From a virus: a DNA stretch of 64,000 nt. Location of the stretch: the IMG/VR virus record IMGVR_UViG_3300045988_148153, positions 381 to 64,380 of that record; one strand, written 5' to 3'. Below, piece by piece: positions 38,301 through 47,076 of the stretch (the first letter of the stretch is position 1; the number at the start of each line of letters is the position of its first letter). Made by a program: the position numbers and the translations under genes. The notes below the pieces were generated by a model. The model saw nothing but the letters and a program-made list of their open reading frames with translations. It was not told where the DNA came from and did no database searches.

Positions 38301-40282
38301 CGCCTTTGCATTTTTAGCGCTTCAAGTTGCCTTTTGGCTTCATTTCTATTATTGGTAGCTTCGATAACCACTCCTGCACTTTTTATTTTTTCTCTTTCCC
38401 TTGAAGCGGATACTACTTTTTGGATAGCTTGATATTCTCCCTCTAATAGAAATTGCTCAAATTTCATATTCTCAAAGACGGCTGGATATATTTTCTGAAG
38501 GTTTATATATGCTCTTCTTTGTGCGTCAATTTCGGTTGTCTTGTTAAATATTTGAGAAATATATCCTTTAGCTTTATTTTCTTGCTCTTTTATATTTTCT
38601 ATATTTTTTTCAAACTCAATATTTAACTCCCTTGTTTTTTCTGAAAGGCTTTTTGTTTTATCTCCTAAAGCCATATATAAACTTACTAATGTGCCAATAG
38701 CGGTAATTGCTATTACCCAGGGATTGGACTTCATCGCTGCATTTAATGCCCATTGGGCTACGGTTTGCGCTTTTGTTGCTGCTGTAAGTCCTTTTATAGC
38801 TCTTGCCCTGTTTACAATGGTTTGAACAGCCTCTATTTTTAGGTTTGCTTTCTCAATGGCATTCACGGTTATCACAGCCGTCTTGTAAAATCCATAAGCC
38901 CCCACAAGCGTACCAAGTATAGCTGCAACAGCTTCCCAATGTTCCATTAACTTTGTAAGCAAATCCAAACTATCTGAAAGCACGCCACTATTGCCTTCCG
39001 CAATGTCAGCCATCATCACATCCCAAGCATCCTGCAAGTTGCTCCATTTACCAGCAAGGCTTTCCGCAAGGGCTTCCTGCATGTTGTAGAATTTTCCACC
39101 TTCATCGGTCAGCTCCCAAAGGACATCTTTTACCATTCCGAAACTAACTTCTTTCCGGCTGATTTTGTCGAATACGTCTCCGGCAGAAGTTACCACTCCC
39201 GTAAGTTTAGTGAACCGTTTCGCCAATTCATCCACCAAAGGAATACCCGCTTCTGTAAACTGCCTCAATTCCTGCCCACGGAGAAATGCCGCACTACGCA
39301 CCTGTCCGTACGCCAATATGATACGCCCCATATCGACACCGACACCTGCGGAAATATCGGCAAGTCTCTTGGTTGTATCATAAAGTTCTTCATACGGAAT
39401 ACTATACGCAGAAAGCTGTTTGGTATATGACGCCAATTCCTTGAACTGAAACGGAGAAACTACCGCCAAATCCTTGATACGGTTGAATATGGTTTCAGCC
39501 TTCATACTATCTCCGATAATGGAAGTAAGTGTAATGCGTTGCTTCTGAAACTCTCCACCAATAGTATATAATCCCCTGACAAAACGCTCTATGCTATAAA
39601 TGGAGTACACATTGGCGATTTGGTTTTTCAATTCCCCAGCTATCCGTGATTGAGAAGACATGGTACTGTTCGTCCTCTTCATTGCTGCATTGTGTGTATC
39701 GGAAGCCTTTGCAGCCTGCATTCGGGCAATTCTAAGCTGTTCAAGGGCTTTTTGAGAGCTGGCGTAAGCATCTGCACGTTTCATTTGGGTATTTGCATAA
39801 GCATCCGCACGGATTGTTGAAGACGCTGCCTGGGCAGCTCTTAGTAATGCTTCGGATTGTTCACGCCCCCTTTTAAGACTTGCATTCAGCTGCTCACGTT
39901 CCTTTTTGATACTGGCATCTAATTGTTCTCGTTCCTTCCTAATGTCTTGAAGAACCCTCTTGTATGTCGCATCAGCATCCATACGTACTGTTGTTGCAAA
40001 CCCTTTAATTCCCCTTAATTCATCAGAAGTCATCCCTTTCCCCTTGAATGATTCCATGAAACTCTTAATACTTTCATTATCTACGCCAAGCTTTACCTTG
40101 TAGGTCTTGTTTTTCAACAAGGCTTCTGCCTTGTCTTCAATTTCCTTTACATCTACCTTTAGTCCAACCTTTGCGCTGGTCGCAATGTGCATGTTCACAA
40201 GTTTTTTCTTGATAGCTTCATACTCTTGTTCTGTATAATTTTTCAAGTGAACGCCAAAATTCAAATTTCCGAGGTCTGCCAT
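35333..40282 (-). CDS. tail tape measure protein
   Basis: 1649 aa and largely coiled coil. The core VSPFQFKELASYTKQLSAYSIPYEELYDTTKRLADISAGVGVDMGRIILAYGQVRSAAFLRGQELRQF resembles the TP901-type TMP core. Confidence 0.9.
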   Translation of the reverse strand: MADLGNLNFGVHLKNYTEQEYEAIKKKLVNMHIATSAKVGLKVDVKEIEDKAEALLKNKTYKVKLGVDNESIKSFMESFKGKGMTSDELRGIKGFATTVRMDADATYKRVLQDIRKEREQLDASIKKEREQLNASLKRGREQSEALLRAAQAASSTIRADAYANTQMKRADAYASSQKALEQLRIARMQAAKASDTHNAAMKRTNSTMSSQSRIAGELKNQIANVYSIYSIERFVRGLYTIGGEFQKQRITLTSIIGDSMKAETIFNRIKDLAVVSPFQFKELASYTKQLSAYSIPYEELYDTTKRLADISAGVGVDMGRIILAYGQVRSAAFLRGQELRQFTEAGIPLVDELAKRFTKLTGVVTSAGDVFDKISRKEVSFGMVKDVLWELTDEGGKFYNMQEALAESLAGKWSNLQDAWDVMMADIAEGNSGVLSDSLDLLTKLMEHWEAVAAILGTLVGAYGFYKTAVITVNAIEKANLKIEAVQTIVNRARAIKGLTAATKAQTVAQWALNAAMKSNPWVIAITAIGTLVSLYMALGDKTKSLSEKTRELNIEFEKNIENIKEQENKAKGYISQIFNKTTEIDAQRRAYINLQKIYPAVFENMKFEQFLLEGEYQAIQKVVSASREREKIKSAGVVIEATNNRNEAKRQLEALKMQRRQVATLPGGSAKLGDIDKRIKSQTEVLEQAQKALNDALKTYETYTSTKGGQQGKEPAWFKKATELYEKFDIERLKPDAEGGFQKYIESIIGANEDAASTLSEWTKKEGEWNEETRKSIDKAKLLKNATDEILKTFGRVTKETQNTKDPIAEQWKDRSDLIEKALSSYEKWRKIEGDEAATQRVKGISEFSSVFDEKGVNLDLNNPSKAYKYIQGQLDRSKEKQEDLYISLGVKIDKAGIDSAKKEVDNTLKEIEKYISQTGEKWDLYKKLFNASGNKSLSMNIAFGGEVSFKSMVDDLRSQLSKALAETGSKFSVTDVLAMKEDDVKKRFGEGAILKLYQSINEESKKMRSESLENLLGMIEDYKDYAQKIKDIERNLQKDLADIESQRGQLGEEATNRLIAQRKKKASEDAASTKFEQFKSSEDWAKTFDDLDRLSSATLDRLIKNLEEFKNTTGQSLKVNEFKELVNVLKKLRDESESRNPFKTLSDGIKEYAEATKKLKKAQKELGFIQNGGEVTTGISETSHTETKKTDSGLSYQTKVVDKLTPKLKTLADAEREVTDAQDEQNAASDKVQVGFGDVVDMANLLIGTLGDLGSAFDALGNDSMGETLSTVQEVAGGLLNTAQSGATLFAGISSGNPMAIMQGATGVVSGITGIIGSIAKAHDKKLDKAIQRSQLEVKKLSNDYKNLQSIVERQLGAVTQSQSKEMIANLQKQREEVIKQAQAEADKKDPDSSKIEDYRQQYIELGEQIKYFYEDLASEQFGIGIKGWADQISEALVNAFANGEDAAKAFDDTVADIMRNVIKEMISANVIQKSMNSLRDYLFGDKGIFTDSSAGGTNLTEQEAAGLMQQLGSLRGTISDSKKIWDYLNAAAKKMGISLEETSASNTLSKGIQENITEDTANILASYLNSIRADVSIKRTLQERFFKEDFPKMNVIAEAQLRQLSMITENTRRTADSNEAILNEVSELRNEIHSAKLTKDKGFYFR

Positions 40283-40284
40283 AG

Positions 40285-40599
40285 CTATTTACCCTTTCTT
40301 TTAAAAATAAATCCTTTACAAGTTTTTTGTTTACCTGATATGCAATAATCAATGTTTCTACGACAAATATTTAAGGTTTCAGACGCTTCTTTAGAATTCC
40401 TGAATTCGTTAATAAATTCCCCTTCTAACGTATATTGTTGAACTGGATGCGCCATAGATATTCTTGCTTCTGATATTTTTTTTCTTATTTCTGGCGTATA
40501 GTTTATAGGAGTATATTTCCTTCCAATTAATTTTTCTTTCTGTTCTTTTGTCCATTTATATCCCAAGCTATTTTTATTCCCAATATGAGATAATGACAT
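40285..40599 (-). CDS. C-terminal (NUMOD3 + HTH) part of a split HNH homing endonuclease
   Basis: The same frame reads AQKGKTLSGETRRKMSLSHIGNKNS (a NUMOD3-like repeat) just upstream of the track start. The C-terminal part is an IENR-type HTH. Confidence 0.6.
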   Translation of the reverse strand: MSLSHIGNKNSLGYKWTKEQKEKLIGRKYTPINYTPEIRKKISEARISMAHPVQQYTLEGEFINEFRNSKEASETLNICRRNIDYCISGKQKTCKGFIFKRKGK

Positions 40600-40976
40600 T
40601 TTTCTTCTTGTTTCCCCAGAAAGAGTTTTTCCTTTTTGAGCTTACTGCGATTTATAGCTGAAATTGGATTAGAATAATTTTCGGGGCGAGTGACCCATCT
40701 AAGGTTCTCAACACGATTATTCATTCGATTTGTGTCTATATGGTCTATTTCTGGTTTATTATTGGGATTATCCAGAAATGCTGATGCAACAAGCCTGTGA
40801 ACAAGGTGGCTATTAGCATATTTCCCATTCCAATATTTAATTACTAAATATCCATTCTTCGTTTTCTGAGGTTTTAGTAATTTGCCACTACGACCAATAA
40901 CCCTCCCTAAATTAGAGACCTTTATAGGTCTATCTCCTAACATTGTTTCTTTCCAAACTTCTTGGATTATAGCCAT
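40527..40976 (-). CDS. N-terminal (NUMOD4 + HNH) part of a split HNH homing endonuclease
   Basis: VSNLGRVIGRSGKLLKP...GYLVIKY...HRLVASAFLDNPNNKPEIDHIDTNRMNNRVENLRWVT. Confidence 0.75.
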   Translation of the reverse strand: MAIIQEVWKETMLGDRPIKVSNLGRVIGRSGKLLKPQKTKNGYLVIKYWNGKYANSHLVHRLVASAFLDNPNNKPEIDHIDTNRMNNRVENLRWVTRPENYSNPISAINRSKLKKEKLFLGKQEEKCHYLILGIKIAWDINGQKNRKKN

Positions 40977-40981
40977 GTCAA

Positions 40982-41239
40982 TTATTGTTTTGTGTCTTTT
41001 TTGATAGCGTTAACGCCGTTTACCATAAAATCATTAAGGGAAACTCTTTGTCCTTTCATTTCCTGCTCTTTTCTCTTTGCTTCCCACTTCCTTTTTAATT
41101 CTTCCATTTCTTTGGCTGTATGCGTTTTCTTCTCTGCGTCTACTTTGTCATATACCACAATCGGGGCGTCACACATCAGAAGTTCATATTGGGCGCATGT
41201 CAATACCCAATCCATATACCAATTAGGGATATTAATCAT
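40982..41239 (-). CDS. T-part of the tail assembly chaperone (expressed as a -1 frameshift extension)
   Basis: This frame is -1 relative to 41266..41742 and is open continuously from the A9 run at 41422-41430. Confidence 0.6.
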   Translation of the reverse strand: MINIPNWYMDWVLTCAQYELLMCDAPIVVYDKVDAEKKTHTAKEMEELKRKWEAKRKEQEMKGQRVSLNDFMVNGVNAIKKDTKQ

Positions 41240-41265
41240 TCCCCAAAGAAGAATTAACGGACGTG

Positions 41266-41742
41266 TCAGTTCCGGGTGTTTTTCTCCGTTTGCGAATGCT
41301 GCTCCTGCCGAAGTTCTTGAAGGATACGTTCTGCTTCCTTTCTCGTCATCGTCATTATCGTGTCTCTCATTCCGGTCAAGAACATGGTAGCATTCAAGTA
41401 TTCCAGTTTCTGCAATTCCACTTTTTTTTTACCAATGACAACAACATCGGTTAGCTCTGTATCTGTGTACTTTTTCCACAGCATACGCCAATATATCCAA
41501 TGGAAAAGCCTTATCTTCCACCAATTATTCAGAATAATGAGAGAGGCGCATTTGGCAGTGACTTCATCCTCGCTTTTACAGGAATGCAAAACATGGGTGA
41601 GCTTTCGTATTGTTCCACGGTGCAGCCATTTTATACCGAACTTTTTTCCTTTTATCGTAACGTAATCTACGCTGTTCTCCAGTACATCATCAAGCGTTTT
41701 TTGTTCTGATGTGGTAGGCTGATTTATTGTTTTATCGTTCAT
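41266..41742 (-). CDS. tail assembly chaperone (G-like)
   Basis: It lies between the major tail protein and the tape measure. Start set at the ATG at 41742 (MNDKTINQ); the track start is a TTG. Confidence 0.6.
   Translation of the reverse strand: MNDKTINQPTTSEQKTLDDVLENSVDYVTIKGKKFGIKWLHRGTIRKLTHVLHSCKSEDEVTAKCASLIILNNWWKIRLFHWIYWRMLWKKYTDTELTDVVVIGKKKVELQKLEYLNATMFLTGMRDTIMTMTRKEAERILQELRQEQHSQTEKNTRN
41422..41430 (-). promoter_or_regulatory. A9 slippery sequence for a programmed -1 translational frameshift
   Basis: GGT AAA AAA AAA GTG. The -1 frame carries a TAA immediately before the run and is then open for 146 codons to the stop at 40982. Confidence 0.6.
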
Positions 41743-41805
41743 GCCGTTTTTTATGAGAAGTTGAAAAAGAAAAGGCGGCGGCAATAATGCGCACCGCCAT
41801 GTTGC

Positions 41806-42636
41806 CTAAATAGCAGAACCTTTCTGTGTGACTTCTACTTGCCCAAATTCTGTGGGAGTAGATATGTTTACAGTAGCTGTTCTTTCGGACTCTCCGCTAT
41901 TTTCAGTAACCTTGACCGTTACCACTCTCCCGCTGACAGATGTTTCGCACCAAGTTTCTGTTGATGAAGCGGAAACGGTGCTTTCTTTTGTTGTAGCGGT
42001 AATGGTCTGCCCTGTGTTATCTGCCGTATTAGAGAACGACAGGGAAGTAGGAGCTACGGTCAGGCTGCTTTTTTTTGTCAAGAAAGCGATATTGTCGTCC
42101 GAAGATGCGTCTGATACCGCCCCATCCTCAATTTCAATGGTTCCGCTCAATGCAAAACCGAATGGGGTAGTGGAAGCATTTTCAAACAAGGGACGCGCGT
42201 AAATAGCCATTTTCTTAACAAGCAGACATTTTTCGGCATCATCACTCAGTAGGGCAAAACCGACATTCAGCTTTTTATTGCTAAGTGTAGCGGAAAAACC
42301 GGAATAAGCAACTCCGTTCACCATGGCATTTGAAATATCATTGGCTTCTCCGAGGAAATACTCTACCAGTTCCTTGCTCATACTCGGAACAGTGGCAGCA
42401 AATGTAATATCACCCGCAGTACTTGTCACCGCCCAGTCTGCCTGCAAACCGTGTACTTTTGTACGGTTTAACGTCGGTTCTGCTTGGGATAAGGTAAGCG
42501 CGTCTACAGTAACGGGCAAATCAAAATCCGGTTCTACAGATGCAAAGTCTGTAATGCCCCCTTTTACCAGCATAATGGATGAAAGTCCGCTGAATACGTC
42601 TTTCAACTCTTGTTTTGTTTTCATTGCCATAATCAA
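41806..42636 (-). CDS. major tail protein with C-terminal BACON/Ig-like domain
   Basis: Position after the connector genes supports the call. The C-terminal LTVAPTSLSFSN...WCETSVSGRVVTVKVTENSGESERTATVNIST...VEVTQKG follows the BACON pattern. Confidence 0.65.
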   Translation of the reverse strand: MIMAMKTKQELKDVFSGLSSIMLVKGGITDFASVEPDFDLPVTVDALTLSQAEPTLNRTKVHGLQADWAVTSTAGDITFAATVPSMSKELVEYFLGEANDISNAMVNGVAYSGFSATLSNKKLNVGFALLSDDAEKCLLVKKMAIYARPLFENASTTPFGFALSGTIEIEDGAVSDASSDDNIAFLTKKSSLTVAPTSLSFSNTADNTGQTITATTKESTVSASSTETWCETSVSGRVVTVKVTENSGESERTATVNISTPTEFGQVEVTQKGSAI

Positions 42637-42662
42637 TAGTTTTAATCGTTTTTATTTTATAT

Positions 42663-43067
42663 TTATTTTATCACAAGGTCAGCCCTTATCAATGTTGCGC
42701 TGAAACCTAATCCGTCACTACCTTTCAAGGTCAATTTAGGATTGGAAGCTGTAATAGCTTTGTCGCTTATTGGGAACAGGGAAAGAACTTTCCCTACAAG
42801 ACTATCCATTTTTCCCAGGTCTTCCGCTCCGCCTTTTTTCTGTCTTACATATATTTCAATGGTACAATATGTACGAATATTACCAAACCCGCTACCATAG
42901 GTCGTTGCAGATAATAATCCGGGTAATGATACTACGATGAAATCATTCATTTGCTTGGCTACGGCTGCGGGGCGGTCGTTGGTAAAAACGCTGTCGCTAA
43001 CTGTATTTGTCGCATCAAATAGTGATTTCAACGCATCCTTGTATTTAAAATCCTGTTCGTATCCCAT
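42663..43067 (-). CDS. tail completion / terminator-like protein
   Basis: 134-aa ORF just upstream of the major tail gene. The call rests on synteny only. Confidence 0.4.
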   Translation of the reverse strand: MGYEQDFKYKDALKSLFDATNTVSDSVFTNDRPAAVAKQMNDFIVVSLPGLLSATTYGSGFGNIRTYCTIEIYVRQKKGGAEDLGKMDSLVGKVLSLFPISDKAITASNPKLTLKGSDGLGFSATLIRADLVIK

Positions 43068-43069
43068 AG

Positions 43070-43639
43070 TTAAAATGATAATTCATTTGGCGCATAAGTT
43101 ATTGGACTAAAAGGAGCCAGTGATGAGCTGTTGAAAGTATTTTTTCCAATTAAGTTTGTACCACTATTTTTAACAAACTGATATGCGTCACTCATAACAA
43201 TCAGTCCCTTTTTGCTTTCCAAATATTCTGCATAGTGAGTTCCTACTACAAATACAATACTTATTCCTTTAGCGATAGGATTATAATAACTTTTCAGAAA
43301 TTCAATTGATGCTTCAAATCCATAGTAATGAGCATAGCTTTTGCTATCTTTGGGAGCTCTGAATTTAGTATTCTTGTCAAACTCTCCGCCAACCAATGTT
43401 CTTCTTTTAGTAAATTCCCTATCATAAGGAGTATCGTATGTAAGGAGCTTTCCGTCGTAGTATATCCCCCATGCGATAGAACCTCTTGTATTTCCAGTGA
43501 CATTATGATATGTTCCTGTTTCTCGGATTACATTGCTTATTTGGGAAGCTATTTTTTTAGCTCCCATAATAAGAGACTTCTGTATTAATACATCCATCTT
43601 TTTCTTTGCCTCTTCCAAGACCTTAACATTATCATCCAT
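43070..43639 (-). CDS. HK97 gp10-like head-tail connector component
   Basis: Start at the ATG at 43639 (MDDNVKVLEE). AKKIASQISNVIRETGTYHNVTGNTRGSI resembles the gp10 family pattern. Confidence 0.45.
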   Translation of the reverse strand: MDDNVKVLEEAKKKMDVLIQKSLIMGAKKIASQISNVIRETGTYHNVTGNTRGSIAWGIYYDGKLLTYDTPYDREFTKRRTLVGGEFDKNTKFRAPKDSKSYAHYYGFEASIEFLKSYYNPIAKGISIVFVVGTHYAEYLESKKGLIVMSDAYQFVKNSGTNLIGKNTFNSSSLAPFSPITYAPNELSF

Positions 43640-43643
43640 AACC

Positions 43644-43967
43644 TTAATTTTTAGCCATATTGAAATACAATGTAGTCCCCATTTCAGTTGCGTAACAATC
43701 CGTAACAGTACATGCTTCAAAAGAGCTACCGTAATCGGTTACGTCCACAAGGTCTCCCGCAAGAATACCTTTCACAAGACCGGGAATGTCTATCGCATAA
43801 TCACTTTTTATCACATTGCTTTTTGTGAATGTCCTTAAGCTGGAACTTCCGTACTTGTTACATTCTCCTTCATACAGCACAGTTTCGCTTCCCTCATCAA
43901 AAGATGTTTCTCCGGAAATACGATATACCTTGCATGTATGCGGAAAACGTGGATTGTTTATTTTCAT
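43644..43967 (-). CDS. head-tail adaptor / head closure protein
   Basis: 107-aa ORF, supported by size and synteny. Confidence 0.4.
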   Translation of the reverse strand: MKINNPRFPHTCKVYRISGETSFDEGSETVLYEGECNKYGSSSLRTFTKSNVIKSDYAIDIPGLVKGILAGDLVDVTDYGSSFEACTVTDCYATEMGTTLYFNMAKN

Positions 43968-44365
43968 AGCGGGTATCTCTTGTTCATGTTCATGCCTAAA
44001 TTGATAATCCTGATAGATGATTTCCGGACATTCTCTCCATACAATGCGTATATGTCATTAGCCATCTGCCGAAGGTTGCGCTTGTCATAAGCGGAGCTTT
44101 GTGTACCGCCTTCTTTGTGCTTCCATACGCCATTGGAATCCTCTACGCTTCCTGTTACACTGGGAGTACTTGCACACCACATATAAAGGTCTGCCCGGCA
44201 CAAGTCTTTTTGACGCTTTTCTAATGTTGCAACATCTGTTCCGGGCGCAATCTCCCTGTCAATCAATATTGTATTGATAGCACTATCTGTAACTTCAAAA
44301 CCAACACAACCACGAAGATAAGCTTCAATGGTCGTGTTAGCGATTGTATTTTGAGAACCATTCAT
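43964..44365 (-). CDS. head-tail connector protein
   Basis: 133-aa ORF immediately after the capsid gene. Confidence 0.4.
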   Translation of the reverse strand: MNGSQNTIANTTIEAYLRGCVGFEVTDSAINTILIDREIAPGTDVATLEKRQKDLCRADLYMWCASTPSVTGSVEDSNGVWKHKEGGTQSSAYDKRNLRQMANDIYALYGENVRKSSIRIINLGMNMNKRYPL

Positions 44366-44367
44366 GG

Positions 44368-45573
44368 TTATTGGCCTTTAACGTCCAGATAATAGAACCA
44401 ACGTACCTTGTTCGGAACAACCAAACCGGTTACTTCCGATTTAATTACCTGTGTCATGGTTTCGTCGTTGAACACCTGTCTTATCAAAGTACGACCGCCA
44501 TCATATAAGGCTGTGCGTGCTCCCGGAGTTTCCATAAAGACGGGACGGCCGCATTGTACATCTCCCAGTGATTCATTTGGAACGTAGACAAGAACACCTT
44601 CTTCAAAGCTTTGCAAGTTTTTGTATTCCATTTCTTTGGAAGTCTTGTTGAAACTTTCCACAACGGAAATAGAATCAATAACTCTGATTTCCGCACCAAT
44701 ACGCGTTTCAATGAACGCCTTGATTGTGTCGTCAGGCACAAGGTTGGCAAAGGAAAGCTGCATGTTCTTATCAGAAATATCCGGACGGGTTGCAACGGTG
44801 TACATCTGACGGAAATACGGCAAACTTATCAAGTCTTCAAATGTTGTTTTTGAACATTCCCAGTGTCCGGCGGGAGCAAAATCTTTTTCTTCTGAATCCC
44901 GTCTTACTTGGCGCATAACCCTGATTGGGTCTATTGTGGTTCCGACACCGGTATTTTGCGAAGCCGTACCATTTGGTTTCTTGTACCATACAGAATTCTT
45001 AATGTTTTTCTCAGGGACACCAAAATCTATGGTCAGGGCTATTCCAAGAGGATTGTTGGAGGCATTGATTACGAGTTTCCCCTTCTTGGATACTACTTGA
45101 TTTCTTTGATAGAGGAATGTATTGTAGTTACCGCCGAGAAGGTTATCCACTCCATTGAACAGTAGTTCCATGATAGTGGATTCTATTTCGGGAGTGGAGC
45201 CGCCGATGGCGTCCATCAACATCATCTTCTCCCTTAAAATCTTTCTGCTCAACGTAATCTCATGCTTGAAGGTTGGCAAACCGCCCATATTCAAAGACAG
45301 CCCGTCGGTTGATTTGGTAGCACCATCACTGTCAATGTCTACATAGGTAGCCAATGTGTATGGACGTATTGTCGCTTCAATCTGTTCATATGTAGGATTC
45401 AGAGGGATATTGGGATTCAGTGGGAATCCCATTTGCGAGAATGTTTGTTCTGCATTGTATTTCTCTGCGAACATGTCGTTAATCCACGATTCTAAGGGCT
45501 TATTCCCGGTATATCCCAATGCGGCAAGTCCCCTTCCTACAATATCATAAAATTCTTTATTTCTTGTATACAT
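44368..45573 (-). CDS. major capsid protein
   Basis: 401-aa ORF following the scaffold and a small capsid-accessory gene. Supported by size and synteny. Confidence 0.65.
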   Translation of the reverse strand: MYTRNKEFYDIVGRGLAALGYTGNKPLESWINDMFAEKYNAEQTFSQMGFPLNPNIPLNPTYEQIEATIRPYTLATYVDIDSDGATKSTDGLSLNMGGLPTFKHEITLSRKILREKMMLMDAIGGSTPEIESTIMELLFNGVDNLLGGNYNTFLYQRNQVVSKKGKLVINASNNPLGIALTIDFGVPEKNIKNSVWYKKPNGTASQNTGVGTTIDPIRVMRQVRRDSEEKDFAPAGHWECSKTTFEDLISLPYFRQMYTVATRPDISDKNMQLSFANLVPDDTIKAFIETRIGAEIRVIDSISVVESFNKTSKEMEYKNLQSFEEGVLVYVPNESLGDVQCGRPVFMETPGARTALYDGGRTLIRQVFNDETMTQVIKSEVTGLVVPNKVRWFYYLDVKGQ

Positions 45574-45587
45574 ATTACACTCCTTTC

Positions 45588-46100
45588 TTATCCATTGGAT
45601 TCACGCACAAACTCAATCATAGGAAGATGGGCTTCCATAGCCGGAAGTATAGTTGCCCCGACCACTCTGTCTGCATAAATTCTTCCGTTTCTCACCACGG
45701 CACAAGTAGCCAAAGTGCATCCTTCAGGAATACATACATCTTCAAAGGTTAAACCGTTGACCGTTTCGGTTATGTCCTTCCACTTACTTTCGGTAAATGT
45801 TTCCGGGGTTCCGATTGCCGTTTCATTTTTGTAAATCTTACCCGCTTGTTCCACAATATCGCCTACCGCATAGGTTTTTGTGGTCTCGTATGCAGGGCCT
45901 GCAACCACTACCACTTGCTGCCCGGCGCCCATAAATTGCACAGGAGTGCCTGCTCCGATTACAGTGCCGGCCGGATATTTGGTATGGTCAATCATACCAC
46001 CACCCTGATACAACTCCCTTACTCTCGACCATACTGGAAAATTACCGCCAATTCCCGCTTGGTATTGGCTGATGGTGTTGAAAGTTCCTAATTGTCTCAT
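45588..46100 (-). CDS. capsid accessory / decoration-like protein
   Basis: 170-aa ORF between the scaffold and the major capsid gene. Confidence 0.35.
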   Translation of the reverse strand: MRQLGTFNTISQYQAGIGGNFPVWSRVRELYQGGGMIDHTKYPAGTVIGAGTPVQFMGAGQQVVVVAGPAYETTKTYAVGDIVEQAGKIYKNETAIGTPETFTESKWKDITETVNGLTFEDVCIPEGCTLATCAVVRNGRIYADRVVGATILPAMEAHLPMIEFVRESNG

Positions 46101-46127
46101 TTTTTGTCAGTTTTAAAAATGTGTTTG

Positions 46128-46787
46128 TTATTTTTTACCAGGGAGCTTTCCTTGCGCTCTCATGCGTTCTTTGAATGCTTCACGGCGGCTGTTGGTCTGT
46201 TCTTCGTCGAGTTGGGCAAAATTATTTAATGCCGGAGATGCTCCATCTCCGAAGATAGCCTTGTATCTTTTTTCATAATTTTGCTTGGCTGCATTTACAA
46301 TGTCCTCCACCTTCATGCCTTCTGTGAAATTCACGTCTGAAATGGCAATGCTTAGGATTTCATCGTTACAGATGTTTTTCCCACCGTTTTCAATTTGAGA
46401 TTTCAATTGATTCTTTGACGCTTCTTTTAAAGCTTGGATAGATGCGGCGTTTTTCTCCGCTTCTCTATCTTCTTTCAATTGCAAAAGCTCCTTGCGCATC
46501 TCTTCTAATTGAGCGGTAAGGTCTCCCTCTTTAGTAGTTTTGCCTTCATCGGAAGGCTGCTGAGGTTTGTAGTTTTTCTTAAAACTCTCAACTTGTGTTG
46601 CGACATCATGATTGTACTGTCCTTGTAGTCCTTGCAAGAAAGATGTGGCCTTGCTATAATAAGTGTCATCAGGCTCCGTTCCTTCTTCCAATGGATTTAA
46701 TTCTATGTACTTCATTAATGTCTGTGACGAAAGACTGGTTTGTCCTAATCTGGTCGTCAGTTCGGATAAGATTTGTTCTTTCTCCAT
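46128..46787 (-). CDS. scaffolding protein
   Basis: 219 aa, helical and charged (LEEMRKELLQLKEDREAEKNAASIQALKEASKNQLKSQIE). It is the first gene of the head operon. Confidence 0.6.
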   Translation of the reverse strand: MEKEQILSELTTRLGQTSLSSQTLMKYIELNPLEEGTEPDDTYYSKATSFLQGLQGQYNHDVATQVESFKKNYKPQQPSDEGKTTKEGDLTAQLEEMRKELLQLKEDREAEKNAASIQALKEASKNQLKSQIENGGKNICNDEILSIAISDVNFTEGMKVEDIVNAAKQNYEKRYKAIFGDGASPALNNFAQLDEEQTNSRREAFKERMRAQGKLPGKK

Positions 46788-46805
46788 CGTGTTTTAGTTT
46801 ATGTT

Positions 46806-46873
46806 ATAAAAAAAAGAGCCTATCAACGCTTTGTGCGCCAATAAGCTCTTAGGCTTGTATATGCAAAATTACT
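46806..46873 (-). promoter_or_regulatory. late leader B: -7 box TAATTTTG, a 16-17-bp hairpin and U7 upstream of the scaffold gene
   Basis: The reverse complement of 46866-46873 is TAATTTTG. Hairpin arms lie at 46814-46850 and are followed on the minus strand by TTTTTTT. It is homologous to leader A, with compensatory stem changes. Confidence 0.55.
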
Positions 46874-47066
46874 ATCCTTCTATTTTTACACTAATAAAAT
46901 TACGACACCTTCGGCATACAGTTCTAAATAAAACGCTTCCACGTATTATTTTTACATCTGTAAGTTTTTGTCCGCATATGGGACATATCACAAAATTTCC
47001 TTTTTCACTGGTCTGTTTTTCATCCAGCTTGGTGTCTATCTTCATCATATCACATGATTTAGTATT

Positions 47067-47076
47067 GCAAATATAT
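47067..47076 (-). promoter_or_regulatory. -7 box TATATTTGCA (minus strand)
   Basis: The identical 10-mer occurs at 25467-25476 (-), 47150-47159 (+) and 54569-54578 (-). Confidence 0.45.

Noticed and set aside
35981-39383. Many + strand ORFs of 60-150 aa inside the tape-measure gene, and similar antisense ORFs inside the 1414-aa tail gene, the methyltransferase, TerL, portal and helicase genes.
   Set aside because: These are shadow frames of long, well-supported genes on the opposite strand. They are Ser/Leu/Phe-rich with no motifs.
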